From the NCBI GenBank assembly GCA_963727825.1, contig CAVSHO010000009.1:896001-960000 (forward strand): a stretch of 64,000 nucleotides of DNA. Reading direction: 5' to 3'. The position numbers were made by a program, and so were the translations under genes. Shown piece after piece: positions 51,255 through 61,688 of this stretch (the stretch's first letter is position 1; every line of letters starts with the position of its first letter). Source of the DNA: Ignavibacteriota bacterium (GTDB lineage Bacteria > Bacteroidota > Ignavibacteria > UBA10030). The notes below the pieces were generated by a model. It saw only the letters and a list, made by a program, of their open reading frames with translations. It was not told the origin of the DNA and ran no database searches.

Positions 51255-51812
51255 TTTAAATTGAACGTAAAAAGCCATTATAGTTTTTAAAAATGACATA
51301 AAAACACCTTACATTCTTGGTATTCGGAAAGCGAAAAGGTCAAGCATTATACTATAGTATCAAAAGGAAGCAAACTGCAGCGTACGATATTGGTAAAGTA
51401 TGAAAGTTAGAGAATTCTAAATTTCTTTTATTTTCGTAACGTTTCCGTTCAACGTATAGTTATTTTAAAAAACGAAAAACGGTTTCCTGAATCAAGTTTA
51501 ACAATGATATCCCAAAAGAAACAAGCTGCTAATCAATATATGATGCCACTTTTACTTTCTCGAATGCCAATAGGCACAATTATAATATAAAGAAGAAAGA
51601 TGTAAACAGTAAGACATTTTTTCCGAGAGTCGTAAATAAATAATTACTGAATCGCACTATAGGCACAATTCATTTATAATGACGAAATAGTAAGTTGACT
51701 TTGCCTGTGTTATCCGTGTTTTGATACTTTGTATCATCTATAAGGTTCTTAAAAGATTTAGATAATTGCTTCATTGGACAAAAACAATTAATTTACAATA
51801 GTATAATAGTAA

Positions 51813-51842
51813 GCCGGTACATTGTGTGCCGGCATTTTTTTT
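51813..51842 (+). terminator. Intrinsic-terminator-like hairpin in the leader of the TonB receptor gene
   Basis: GCCGGTAC-ATTGT-GTGCCGGC followed by A and T8, then GGAG and the ATG at 51856. Confidence 0.55.
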
Positions 51843-51855
51843 GGAGCTTCGCGAA

Positions 51856-54177
51856 ATGAACAATTGTTTGCCATACTTTAATAAAACAAATACATATATA
51901 GTACTTTTCTTTTTTAATTTTTCATTCTCTCTTTCGCAATCAATTTCGCTTACCGGAAAAGTTGTAGATGCTGTGACGCATCAACCCATAGCCCAAGCAA
52001 TTGTAGAAGTGCTCGAAACAGGGGAAAAAAAGAGCACAGATGATGAAGGGCATTTTCGGTATGAACGACTTTCTTCCGGACGATATACACTTTCTGTACA
52101 GCACATTGCCTATGCCAACACTGAACGTCTTATTGTTCTACCTCTCAGCCAAAATGATAGCATCATCATCAATCTGCGTCCTGCGCTCTATAAGTCTGAC
52201 GAAGTAGTTATTAGGAGCACAAGAACGTCATCCGCAATGAATAATACAACATACCCAGTGGATATTGAAATGAGCGACCAGCTTACCCAATCTTCTAATG
52301 TTACTGTCTCCGATGCATTAAGTAAGGTACCTGGTATTGCTCTCGTACGCGATGGAATATGGGAAACCGCTATTTCAGTCCGCGGAATGACCCGATCCGA
52401 CATCGTATCTTTAATTGATAACACAAGAATTGAAACTGCCAATGATATTGCTGGAGCGCTTTCTCTTATCAACATAAACGATCTTGAAAGAGTTGAAACG
52501 CTGAAATCTCCCGGATCAGTGCTTTATGGAACAGGAGCTCTTGGTGGTGTTATCCATCTTGTAACGAAGCGTCCCTCGTTCACCGATCAAATTGAATCAA
52601 AAGCTGAATGGACAAGCAGTGCCTCCACCGTCGATGGCGGACTATCTAATTTCGCAGCTGTGCAATCTTCGTCTGATCAATATGCGGCGCGAATAAGCGG
52701 CGGATATCGCAACGCAGGAAATACTACTACACCAGACGGTATTCTACCAAACTCTCAGTATCATGATTTCAGTCTCACTGGCTCTTTGGGAATAAAAACG
52801 ATTGATGAACAATCTCTATTTCTATCTTATCAACGTTCGCAAGCCGAAAACACCGGTATTCCCGGCGGTTCTGCTTTTGGCCCAACAGCTGCAGTACAAT
52901 ACACACTTGCGCGCCGCGAACTTTTCGGATTAGAATACAATATTCCAAATATTTCTTCCAGATTACCACTTATTACATTGCGAATGTCACGTCAGGAAAT
53001 TGATAGGAATGTCGAAAGTAATCAGGGCGATACATTGATCGTAACACCGCACGCAGTTCACACAACGACGAACTTCCAAATAGAATCTAAACTGTGTCCA
53101 TTAACAAATCATCTTCTTGATGTTGGAGCAGAAGCATGGGAAAGACAACTCGAAAGCGAACGCGAAAAGGATTTTTTAAACCAGAATAAAATTATTGGAG
53201 ATCTGCCGATTCCTTCATCGAGATTCTTCAGTGCCGGCATTTATGCACAAGATGAATGGACGATAGTTCCAAACGAATTAACTGCTACATTAGGCGCAAG
53301 ATACGATCTGATTCGTGTCAGCAACGATAAGGCATATAATCCTGAATATGTAATCACTTCCGGAACTTTGCATACTAATACTGCAGATTCTACAATTCTC
53401 TGGAACAAAGGCACTGCGCATGATGAATCGTGGAGTGGAAATGTGGGTTTGCAATACGCTCTCAATTCATATCTGGATTTAACATTTCTTGCGGCGACCG
53501 CTTTTCGATCTCCATCCCTTGAAGAACGATATCAATATTTGGCTCTTGGGAATGGAAGGGTTCAAGTTGGAAATTCAAACCTTCAGCCCGAAAGAAGTTT
53601 TTGTTTGAATATTGGGAATCGAGTTCACACGGATAATTTTAGCATTCAAACAGATGTATTCTTGAATCAACTGACTAATCTTATCACGACAGTGCCTGGA
53701 ACTTTCGAAGGGGTTCCGGCTTTACTTGATACGAATATTGGAAAAGCCCGATTGTACGGCTATGAAATTTACAGTGAACTCGAAATAGCAACATGGAGCG
53801 TTCTGAAAACTTCGCTGGCCTATGTTCGCGGACAAGATACGCGTAATCATGCGGACCTACCGCAGATTACACCGCTCAACGGACAAGTAGAATGGAGCAG
53901 CTATTTCCGGCAAGTTGGCACAATAAGTATTTCCTGCACTTGTGACGCCTCACAAAAGAACCTTGCATCAGGAGAAATAAGCACAGCTGGCTATATGGTT
54001 GTTGATATCAATGCTGTAAGCGTTCCGTGGAATATTGGACGGTTTTCATTGACACTTCATTCTGGGATCCAGAATCTGTTGAACAAACCGTACCAAGATT
54101 ATCTTTCAACTTTACGCGGTCTCGTAAAAGAAGAACCCGGCAGGAATTATTTTTTTTCTATAACCGTTGCGGTATAA
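51856..54177 (+). CDS. TonB-dependent receptor (heme/metal-chelate receptor-like)
   Basis: Signal peptide and carboxypeptidase-regulatory-like domain; plug ERVETLKSPGSVLYGTGALGGVI; LGARYD, FRSPSLEERY/NSNLQPE (FRAP/NPNL-like) and EPGRNYF. Confidence 0.92.
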   Translation: MNNCLPYFNKTNTYIVLFFFNFSFSLSQSISLTGKVVDAVTHQPIAQAIVEVLETGEKKSTDDEGHFRYERLSSGRYTLSVQHIAYANTERLIVLPLSQNDSIIINLRPALYKSDEVVIRSTRTSSAMNNTTYPVDIEMSDQLTQSSNVTVSDALSKVPGIALVRDGIWETAISVRGMTRSDIVSLIDNTRIETANDIAGALSLININDLERVETLKSPGSVLYGTGALGGVIHLVTKRPSFTDQIESKAEWTSSASTVDGGLSNFAAVQSSSDQYAARISGGYRNAGNTTTPDGILPNSQYHDFSLTGSLGIKTIDEQSLFLSYQRSQAENTGIPGGSAFGPTAAVQYTLARRELFGLEYNIPNISSRLPLITLRMSRQEIDRNVESNQGDTLIVTPHAVHTTTNFQIESKLCPLTNHLLDVGAEAWERQLESEREKDFLNQNKIIGDLPIPSSRFFSAGIYAQDEWTIVPNELTATLGARYDLIRVSNDKAYNPEYVITSGTLHTNTADSTILWNKGTAHDESWSGNVGLQYALNSYLDLTFLAATAFRSPSLEERYQYLALGNGRVQVGNSNLQPERSFCLNIGNRVHTDNFSIQTDVFLNQLTNLITTVPGTFEGVPALLDTNIGKARLYGYEIYSELEIATWSVLKTSLAYVRGQDTRNHADLPQITPLNGQVEWSSYFRQVGTISISCTCDASQKNLASGEISTAGYMVVDINAVSVPWNIGRFSLTLHSGIQNLLNKPYQDYLSTLRGLVKEEPGRNYFFSITVAV

Positions 54178-54201
54178 TGAATTCTCAAGAGGATTAGTAG
54201 A

Positions 54202-55083
54202 ATGTTCTGGTTCACGTTGGCAACTTGTTCTGCACTGCTTTCGGCAACAGCAGCTGTAATTCAGAAAAAAGTCTTGTTTCGAGTAAATGCTCTTGAATTT
54301 TCATTTCTTGTTTCTATAATCATTTTAATTTTTTCGTCATTCATACCATTTTCGATGGATGTCACTTCTCTTGCTCCATCAACGTTAATGATCATCATTG
54401 GTAAAAGTATTCTCGGTGGAGCTGCATTTCTATTTGTTATGATGTCTTTAGAACATAATCCGATTAGCACCGCTTTGCCGATTCTTGGTATGACGCCCGC
54501 GGTAACGGCGCTTGCCGCTTTGTTGATTATCGGAGAATCACTTCATAATTGGGAATGGCTGGGAATTGGAATGATGATGGTAGGGACTTATATTTTAGAA
54601 AAGCGTCCGGCACAACGAATCTTTCAGCCATTCAAAGAAATTCTCTATTCAAAAGATCATTATTATATATATAGTGCACTCGGATTGTTTGCGGTTTCAT
54701 CTGTCTTTGACAAACTTCTTGTAAGCGGATATAAAACCGATCCTCTTGTTGTTCTTTTCTATCAGCATATAGTCTATTGTGCGATGTTCGGTTCTCTATT
54801 ATTAATACGCAAACAATCCTTTCAAGCAGCAGTACAAAAAGGAACGTCACAGCTTCCATTTATTGTCGCGGTCGCATTCTTGACTATTGCTTATCGCTTT
54901 ACTCAGCTTGAAGCAACAAAATTTGCACCGGTAGCTTTGGTGTTAGCTATAAAGCGAACTTCTATTTTATTTGCATCGTTTTTTGGGGGAAAAATATTTT
55001 CTGATGAGCGGCTAAAACAAAAACTTATTGGCGCAGCAATCATTGTTGGCGCCGGTTTTATCATTCTTAGAAATGTCGGATAA
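54202..55083 (+). CDS. EamA/DMT family transporter
   Basis: About ten TM segments in two repeats; IGESL and IKRTSILFA...FSDE motifs. Confidence 0.88.
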   Translation: MFWFTLATCSALLSATAAVIQKKVLFRVNALEFSFLVSIIILIFSSFIPFSMDVTSLAPSTLMIIIGKSILGGAAFLFVMMSLEHNPISTALPILGMTPAVTALAALLIIGESLHNWEWLGIGMMMVGTYILEKRPAQRIFQPFKEILYSKDHYYIYSALGLFAVSSVFDKLLVSGYKTDPLVVLFYQHIVYCAMFGSLLLIRKQSFQAAVQKGTSQLPFIVAVAFLTIAYRFTQLEATKFAPVALVLAIKRTSILFASFFGGKIFSDERLKQKLIGAAIIVGAGFIILRNVG

Positions 55084-55108
55084 ATAGTTAATATGTCAAT
55101 TGGATCGT

Positions 55109-56485
55109 CTATTTAGGTTCTGCATGAATCATAATTCTTCGCAGCTGTTTGAAATGCTGAAAGAGCACCGCCTCCACATCTGAAATAATTTGATGCACTT
55201 CATCCAGTGTTTTTGTCTTCTCAATCTGACATGTAAGCGTAGCATTGTACTGATGCCCCCTCTTCAGTAATGTTAAATCCTTGCATGCAAAAACATCTTT
55301 GTGAAGTTCCGTTACTTCTTGAATTTCCTTAGACAGATTTACCTCGGCGTCTGTTACATTCAGAAGAATGCGTTCAGATGGATGATATTCTTCCATGTGG
55401 ATTGTTACCTTGCCGATAGATGGAAGAGAGGTTTGAATTTGCCGCTCGATCTCAGAAGTCATTTCGTGGGCTTCAGTAAAACTCTTTCCTTCTGCATATT
55501 CCACATCAAAGTCGATAAAATAATTTTCGTCAGTAAGATGCACTTCTATATTATGTGGTGCGCGCAGGCCATTATCCATCATAATCATCCGGATTTTATC
55601 GATGATAGTTTCATCCCTCGCTTCGAACGGTTCCGCATGCACGACAACATCAGCGTTGGGATGAATGTTATGCACAGCTCGTTCGATGCTGTCCATAATT
55701 GAGTGAGCACTTTGAAATGGAATTGTCCGGCGGATAGCGACAACGGTATCCACGAAAATATGTGCCCCGGAAGTGCGGATACGTACTTTGCGCAATTCTT
55801 CTACACCTTCTACCGATTTAATAACGTTTTCTATTTCTTTAGTTAAACTGTGCGGCACACGATCCATCAGAGCGTCAATAGTGCGGCGTCCCAAGCGGTA
55901 GCTCACAAACAGCACCAGTAACGCTACCCCAATAGCAGCAACTGCATCGAACTCAGGATATCCAAGCCACACAAAAAATAGTCCGCCAATAACAGTAAAA
56001 GACGACCATATATCGCTGGAAAAATGCAGCGCATCGGCCTCGAGTGCTTGACTATTGTGTTTTCTTCCAATCCGATACAAAGCACGCGACCGGCTTGTGT
56101 CAATTAAAATTGACACACCCATCACAATAAAACTCCAAATATTTGTTTCGACGTGGTGTGTGTGCTTCAGCAGGTGGTCAACACCTTCCCAAACAATCCA
56201 CGCGCAAGTGATGATAAGTAAAAGTGTTTCTACGAATGCAGAAATATTTTCTAACTTACCATGACCGTATGGATGGTCTTCATCAGCGGGGCGGTCGGCA
56301 AAAGAAACGGCTAGCAAAGTAATAATGGCTGCGAGAAGATCGAGTCCGGAATGTGCCGCTTCGGAGAGAATGCCAAGACTGTTTGTCCATAGTCCAATGC
56401 CAAGCTTAAAACTTGTTAAGAATACCGCAGCAAGCACCGAGGTTAATGCTATAAGTTTCTTTTCTTTATCAGCTGTGAAAGTCAT
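55109..56485 (-). CDS. Cation diffusion facilitator with three C-terminal dimerisation domains
   Basis: SEAAHSGLD, PADEDHPYGHGKLE and ADALHFSSD; three repeats ending VHAEP, IHMEE and IHAEP. Confidence 0.93.
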   Translation of the reverse strand: MTFTADKEKKLIALTSVLAAVFLTSFKLGIGLWTNSLGILSEAAHSGLDLLAAIITLLAVSFADRPADEDHPYGHGKLENISAFVETLLLIITCAWIVWEGVDHLLKHTHHVETNIWSFIVMGVSILIDTSRSRALYRIGRKHNSQALEADALHFSSDIWSSFTVIGGLFFVWLGYPEFDAVAAIGVALLVLFVSYRLGRRTIDALMDRVPHSLTKEIENVIKSVEGVEELRKVRIRTSGAHIFVDTVVAIRRTIPFQSAHSIMDSIERAVHNIHPNADVVVHAEPFEARDETIIDKIRMIMMDNGLRAPHNIEVHLTDENYFIDFDVEYAEGKSFTEAHEMTSEIERQIQTSLPSIGKVTIHMEEYHPSERILLNVTDAEVNLSKEIQEVTELHKDVFACKDLTLLKRGHQYNATLTCQIEKTKTLDEVHQIISDVEAVLFQHFKQLRRIMIHAEPK

Positions 56486-56688
56486 AAATGAATGTGTTCT
56501 TATTATCGGTCAATATACAGAGCGTTTAGAAGGAGTGCAACGAACATTGCATAGGACAGCGAGTTTGCATATATTCATAACAATTAAGTAAATGCCAAAA
56601 CAGAAAATGGCGTGAAAAAGCAGTAGAGCCGCTTAGTATTGATATCGAAAATAGCGAACTGAGGAAATAATATCGGACCAAAAGAAAT

Positions 56689-57390
56689 ATGCGCGTTGCA
56701 ATCATTTCTGATATTCATTCCAATCTTGAAGCGCTGATAAAAGCGTTTGAGATTATCGATAAACATTCTATTGATGAGATTATTTGTCTTGGTGATATCG
56801 TTGGCTATGGCGCCAATCCCAACGAGTGTGTCGAACTTGTCCGTCAGCGTTGTAACCTCGTCATCAAAGGCAACCACGAAGATGCTTTGCTCGACATAGC
56901 AGTTGCTGATGATTTTACAGATAACGCACGCTCGGCAATTCTATGGACGCGTGAACAAATCACAGAAGAAAATTTCAGCTACCTTAGCTCGCTTTCTCTT
57001 ATTCATAGGAAGAAAGACATGATTTTAGTCCATTCTTCGCCATGCCAACCACAGGAATGGAATTATATTTTTGATGAGGATACCGCTGCACGTGCTTTCC
57101 GTTGTTTTTCAGAACCGCTATGTTTCATCGGACATACGCACATGCCAATGATATTCTCTCCAAACGGTAATGCCTCTGCAATTACAATTGATGAACGCTA
57201 TCTAGTCAATGTAGGGAGTATCGGTCAACCACGTGACCGGAATACTAATTTGAGCTTTGGCATATTTGACACCGGTGCATGGACATACGAAAATATCCGA
57301 AGTCCGTATGATATAGAAACAGCCGCAGGGAAAATATTAAAAACCACATTACCGCCAAAACTGGGGCAACGACTATTAATAGGAGTGTAA
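56689..57390 (+). CDS. Metallophosphoesterase family protein
   Basis: SDIHSN, GDIVGYG, GNHE, GHTH and NVGSIGQPRD. Confidence 0.95.
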   Translation: MRVAIISDIHSNLEALIKAFEIIDKHSIDEIICLGDIVGYGANPNECVELVRQRCNLVIKGNHEDALLDIAVADDFTDNARSAILWTREQITEENFSYLSSLSLIHRKKDMILVHSSPCQPQEWNYIFDEDTAARAFRCFSEPLCFIGHTHMPMIFSPNGNASAITIDERYLVNVGSIGQPRDRNTNLSFGIFDTGAWTYENIRSPYDIETAAGKILKTTLPPKLGQRLLIGV

Positions 57391-57474
57391 CTTAATCTCG
57401 AATAAAGAGTTGATGATTATAAATTACAACCGAATAATCAGTTAAAGATAAAAAGAAAGATGCAAGAGAGAAAG

Positions 57475-58101
57475 TTAATCGTGAGTTTCATCCGCAATTA
57501 TACCGCGCTCTTTGGCGTAATCATGAAGCTTTTCTTCCAGCATTTTCCTGCCGCGATGCAAACGTGAGCGGACGGTACCTATTGGGCAGTTCAAAAAATC
57601 TGAAATTTCCTCATACGTCAATTGTTCAATATCACACAAAATTACTACCGTGCGAAAATCTTCTGGTAAAGATTGCAGTGCACCTATAACTTCGTCGCTC
57701 AACATATTACTATACATACGTTTCTGCAAGTCGTTGGAATCGGTGCTGTCGTCGCGGATGGAATCATAAAAGTTTTCAACATCATCATAGTCAACCATTC
57801 CGGGCTCTCGTATTTCTTTACGATAGCGGTTGATATAGGAATTTTTCATAATGCGGAAGAGCCATGCGCGAATGTTTGTTCCTTTTTCGTATTTATCCCA
57901 AAAGCGAAATGCTTTCATAAATGTTTCCTGTAGAAGATCTTTCGCCTCATCTGCATCGCCGGTAGTGCGTAGTGCAAAGTTGAACAATATATCCTTATGA
58001 GGATACGCTTCGGCATTAAATTCCGTTTGTCGTTTAAGCAACGCTTTAGAGGTAATAGAGTCAGCCATGATATCTGCGTCCCTGTGAGCCATTCTATTCA
58101 C
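57475..58101 (-). CDS. ECF RNA polymerase sigma factor (SigH/SigR-like)
   Basis: AKDLLQETFMKAFRFW...GTNIRAWLFRIMKNSYIN (region 2); YEEIS...PIGTVRSRLHRGR (region 4). Confidence 0.95.
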   Translation of the reverse strand: MNRMAHRDADIMADSITSKALLKRQTEFNAEAYPHKDILFNFALRTTGDADEAKDLLQETFMKAFRFWDKYEKGTNIRAWLFRIMKNSYINRYRKEIREPGMVDYDDVENFYDSIRDDSTDSNDLQKRMYSNMLSDEVIGALQSLPEDFRTVVILCDIEQLTYEEISDFLNCPIGTVRSRLHRGRKMLEEKLHDYAKERGIIADETHD

Positions 58102-59312
58102 GGTTGCTTTAATAGCAGTGGTAACTCGGTTACAGGAAATGAGCGATCCAGTTTAATTCGATTTGCATCAAGCTCTGCTCCCCGCGCATCCACATCTTCC
58201 TCTAGTGCTGTGAAAGTATTGAGGTCTCCAATCTCTGTAATTGTAGCAATTTGTTCCAGCGAATCTGTTGAGTCACTCCATCGTGTTTCAAAGTTAATAC
58301 CGACATCAACTTGGATTGGAGCAATTTGATTGTTTGATTGTAGTATGGCATTTCGAATGATATGATCACACCCTAATTTCATATTGAATGGAATTTGTTC
58401 ATAGACTCCGGTATCTGCTTGCGCACTCTCGCCGGTGGCAATTGCATAAAGCGTTGTTAGCAATGCAACGCAATTCAACTTACGGATGAAGAATTTATTG
58501 GGATCACCCTTCCATCCGCCAGATTCTACCAACACCGTGCTTGTACCCCACTTCTGAATATTGTCGCCAAATGCACGCGGCTCAAATGTATCATCCCATT
58601 TTGCCAAATGACCGGGAATAAATAGATTTAATATTTGTGCAAAAGTCGATGCAACTTTCTTAGCTTTTACTCTAACCGGATTATCTGCACGTGATTCATC
58701 TGTAGAAGGAGCGAGTAATGCAATTGCGGTGATTTTTTTTGTTGTGCCGACCGTTAACCGTGTATCTTGATCATGAAGATTAAATCCGTATTCCGGCTGA
58801 TACTTGTTGCATGTTTCTTTCAGGATTCTCGCTTCCGGAGTTTCAAGTGCCAGTGCATCACGATTTATGTCTATTAGTTGAGCAGTTCGGCGGGTAAATC
58901 GTTCGGCTCCATCCGGGTTCAGCATCGGAATAACCAGTAATGTCAATTTCTCTCGTATTGTTTTTGTCGCAATATGGGCTGGATGCTTGGCAAAGAATTT
59001 GAACATATCTATAAGCGCCATGGTCGCTGTCGGTTCATCGCCGTGCATTTGAGACCAGAGCATTACTTTTGTTGATCCGTTTCCTATTGAATAGAGAGAA
59101 ATTGTTCTGCCTTCACCCGATATCCCTAATGGCAGGTTGATGAATAAGTCTTGCTCTTGAAACGATTGAAGCCACTTCAGCATATCTGCGTGTGTGATGC
59201 GGCAAGAAATAATTTCCGTCGCTTTGAAAGAATCATATAAATCAAACAAATCACGCGCAATATCCTGTGTTGCCGATTGAATAAATGCTGTCATGCCGGG
59301 AACTTTTTTCAA
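58098..59312 (-). CDS. M14 family zinc carboxypeptidase
   Basis: WSQMHGDEPT (HxxE), PMLNPDG, DINRD, FNLHDQ and LVESG. Confidence 0.92.
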   Translation of the reverse strand: MKKVPGMTAFIQSATQDIARDLFDLYDSFKATEIISCRITHADMLKWLQSFQEQDLFINLPLGISGEGRTISLYSIGNGSTKVMLWSQMHGDEPTATMALIDMFKFFAKHPAHIATKTIREKLTLLVIPMLNPDGAERFTRRTAQLIDINRDALALETPEARILKETCNKYQPEYGFNLHDQDTRLTVGTTKKITAIALLAPSTDESRADNPVRVKAKKVASTFAQILNLFIPGHLAKWDDTFEPRAFGDNIQKWGTSTVLVESGGWKGDPNKFFIRKLNCVALLTTLYAIATGESAQADTGVYEQIPFNMKLGCDHIIRNAILQSNNQIAPIQVDVGINFETRWSDSTDSLEQIATITEIGDLNTFTALEEDVDARGAELDANRIKLDRSFPVTELPLLLKQP

Positions 59313-59431
59313 TTAGAGTTAATTCTATTTTATCTTATTTATAAGATAGTGCATTCTTCTGTTCTTTGCACCGATTTTTTATCTTCTTATTCGCATCGAG
59401 AAGAACCGAATTCTGAAAATGGAAACGCGTG

Positions 59432-59460
59432 TTGACATTCAAACGGTCATTCTTTATATT
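59432..59460 (+). promoter_or_regulatory. Sigma70 promoter of the BMC shell genes
   Basis: TTGACA-N17-TATATT about 50 bp upstream of the AGGAG-led BMC gene. Confidence 0.65.
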
Positions 59461-59510
59461 GGCTTCAACGTGAAACTTCCATTCAGACCACACACGTAAG
59501 GAGAATTTCA

Positions 59511-59807
59511 ATGTCAGACATTTCATTAGACGCACTTGGCATGGTCGAAACCAAAGGACTTGTCGGCGCAATCGAGGCAGCCGATGCTATGGTCAAGGCG
59601 GCTAAAGTAACACTGATCGGCAAAGAACAAATTGGCGGCGGATATGTAACCGTTATGGTGCGCGGCGATGTTGGTGCCGTGAAAGCAGCAACTGATGCCG
59701 GAGCAGCAGCGGCACAGCGTGTTGGCGAATTAGTGTCGGTGCATGTTATTCCGCGTCCGCACAGTGATGTGGAAACCATTCTGCCTAAACGTCCAGCACA
59801 AAAATAG
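59511..59807 (+). CDS. Bacterial microcompartment hexameric shell protein (EutM/PduA-like BMC-H)
   Basis: [24 protein letters not shown]...[20 protein letters not shown]...HVIPRPH. Confidence 0.97.
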   Translation: MSDISLDALGMVETKGLVGAIEAADAMVKAAKVTLIGKEQIGGGYVTVMVRGDVGAVKAATDAGAAAAQRVGELVSVHVIPRPHSDVETILPKRPAQK

Positions 59808-59821
59808 TTTTTTGATATCAT

Positions 59822-59854
59822 AATCCCGAAGGATTTTAAACCGTCGGGATTTTT
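59822..59854 (+). terminator. Hairpin with T run between the two BMC genes
   Basis: AATCCCGA...TCGGGATT followed by TTT. Confidence 0.6.
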
Positions 59855-59875
59855 ATTTCATTCGGATGATAAATC

Positions 59876-60499
59876 ATGGTTGACTATGCTCTTGGCTTAG
59901 TGGAAACCAAAGGACTCGTTGCCGCTATTGAAGCGGCTGACACGATGGTGAAAACTGCCAATGTCATTTTGATTGGTAAGGAAATAACGCGAGGCGCACT
60001 CGTAACAATCAAAATCGTTGGTGACACTGCGGCAGTACGTTCCGCGGTTGAAGCCGGAGCAGCGGCTGCACAACGTATTGGCGAACTCGTTTCCAAGCAT
60101 ATCATTCCGCGTCCTGGAGATGGATTGGAAGAATTGATCTTTGCAAAAAGTCAACTTACGCAAAATGAAGTAGAACAAATTTTCAGCAGAGAACCTGCGT
60201 TGCTAGTAAAAAAGGATTTTCCTCCTCAAGAAGAAGAACCTATCGCACTACAAAACGAGAATGATGATAAGGTTAATGTAGAACCCAAGGAAGAACCGGT
60301 TCAGGAAGAATTGTACACGATGCCGGAGGGGTTGACTCCAGAACTGCAAGCGTACTTCAAACAGTTAGATTTAATGCCCGTGCATGAGTTACGCCGTTTT
60401 GCGCGAACCGTTGAAGGACTACCGATTTATGGCAGACAGATTTCTCGGGCCAATAAAAAGGAATTAGTTGAAGAGTTATTGAAAGCAAAGAAGGTATAG
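59876..60499 (+). CDS. BMC-H shell protein with acidic linker and C-terminal helical (Rho_N/HeH-like) extension
   Basis: BMC domain (aa 1-88), Glu/Pro-rich linker, then LDLMPVHELRRFAR...GRQISRANKKELVEEL. Confidence 0.9.
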   Translation: MVDYALGLVETKGLVAAIEAADTMVKTANVILIGKEITRGALVTIKIVGDTAAVRSAVEAGAAAAQRIGELVSKHIIPRPGDGLEELIFAKSQLTQNEVEQIFSREPALLVKKDFPPQEEEPIALQNENDDKVNVEPKEEPVQEELYTMPEGLTPELQAYFKQLDLMPVHELRRFARTVEGLPIYGRQISRANKKELVEELLKAKKV

Positions 60500-60664
60500 G
60501 GGCATAATTCAGAAATCAACTATCAGCATTTAAGTTCTCAGCTTTTGGCCATTGATAACCGTTTTTTATATTGTAACTTCTTGCTTCTCCTAATTGGTTG
60601 TCTCCATAAAATACTTTGATGTAAAAATATTGCCTTCATACAGTAAGCATATAAAAAGAAAACG

Positions 60665-61559
60665 ATGAATAAAGGAGCTTGGTACGCTGTCGGTGCATAC
60701 ACTTGCTGGGGATTGCTTCCAGTATACTGGAAGCTGCTTCACCATGTTACCTTCGGTGCAATTGCTTGGGCATCGTATTGTCTGGTCATTCGTTGCGTTG
60801 ATGATAATAATTTTGCTCATGCGGCAATGGAATTCATTTCGATCTGCAGCTCTCGCCCCTCGAGTATTGCGCATTTATATTGCCGCAGCGGCACTCATCG
60901 GAATTAACTGGCTCACGTATGTATGGGCTGTCAATTCAAATCATATGGTGGAAACAAGTCTTGGGTATTTCATCAATCCGCTGCTGAGTGTCTTAATGGG
61001 TGTGATTTTCTTTCGCGAACGATTGCGTCCGTGGCAGTGGGTTCCTGTCGTGCTTGCGGCGGCCGGGGTAGTCTATCTCACGATTGTCTTCGGTTCGTTG
61101 CCGTGGATTGCGCTCACTCTAGCTTTTTCATTTGGGCTGTATGCTGTCGTCAAAAAAATTGCACCGCTTATATCACTTTATGGATTAATATTGGAAACAA
61201 GTATTCTGCTTCTTCCGGCAACGGCATATCTTGTTTATTCGGATACAACCGGCAGCGGCGTGTTTTTACATTTGGGAATCATATCCGATCTTCTATTGAT
61301 TGGCGCGGGATTGACAACCACCATTCCCTTGCTAATGTTTTCTTCTGCAACGCAGCGCATTCCACTTTCGCTTATCGGTATTTTGCAGTACATCTCACCA
61401 ACCCTGCAATTTCTTCTCGGCGTCTTTGTTTACAGGGAATCGTTTTCGTTTACGCAATTCATCGGCTACAGTATTGTCTGGGTAGCGCTAATTCTGTTCG
61501 GCCTGGAGGGATATTCTGCCTATCGCTCGCAATCTGTCGCGGAAGCGGAGATAGAATGA
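60665..61559 (+). CDS. rarD: RarD family EamA transporter (one +1 frameshift at about 60748)
   Basis: MNKGAWYAVGAYTCWGLLPVYWKLL joins HRIVWS...INWLTYVWAV...SLGYFINPL...LQYISPTLQF. Confidence 0.92.
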
Positions 61560-61688
61560 AGAGAAAATGTAATAAGTATGTTTATGTAATAAAGAAACAG
61601 GTAAAAAAAGATTGAGTGATTGTATTATAATTGATTTAGTTAAATATAGCTGGGATTATGAGAAAAGAGGATGAAGGATAAAAAAGGG

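Noticed and set aside
60923-61615. 230-aa + strand ORF overlapping rarD in another frame
   Set aside because: Cys/Arg-rich composition typical of an off-frame translation; rarD explains the region.
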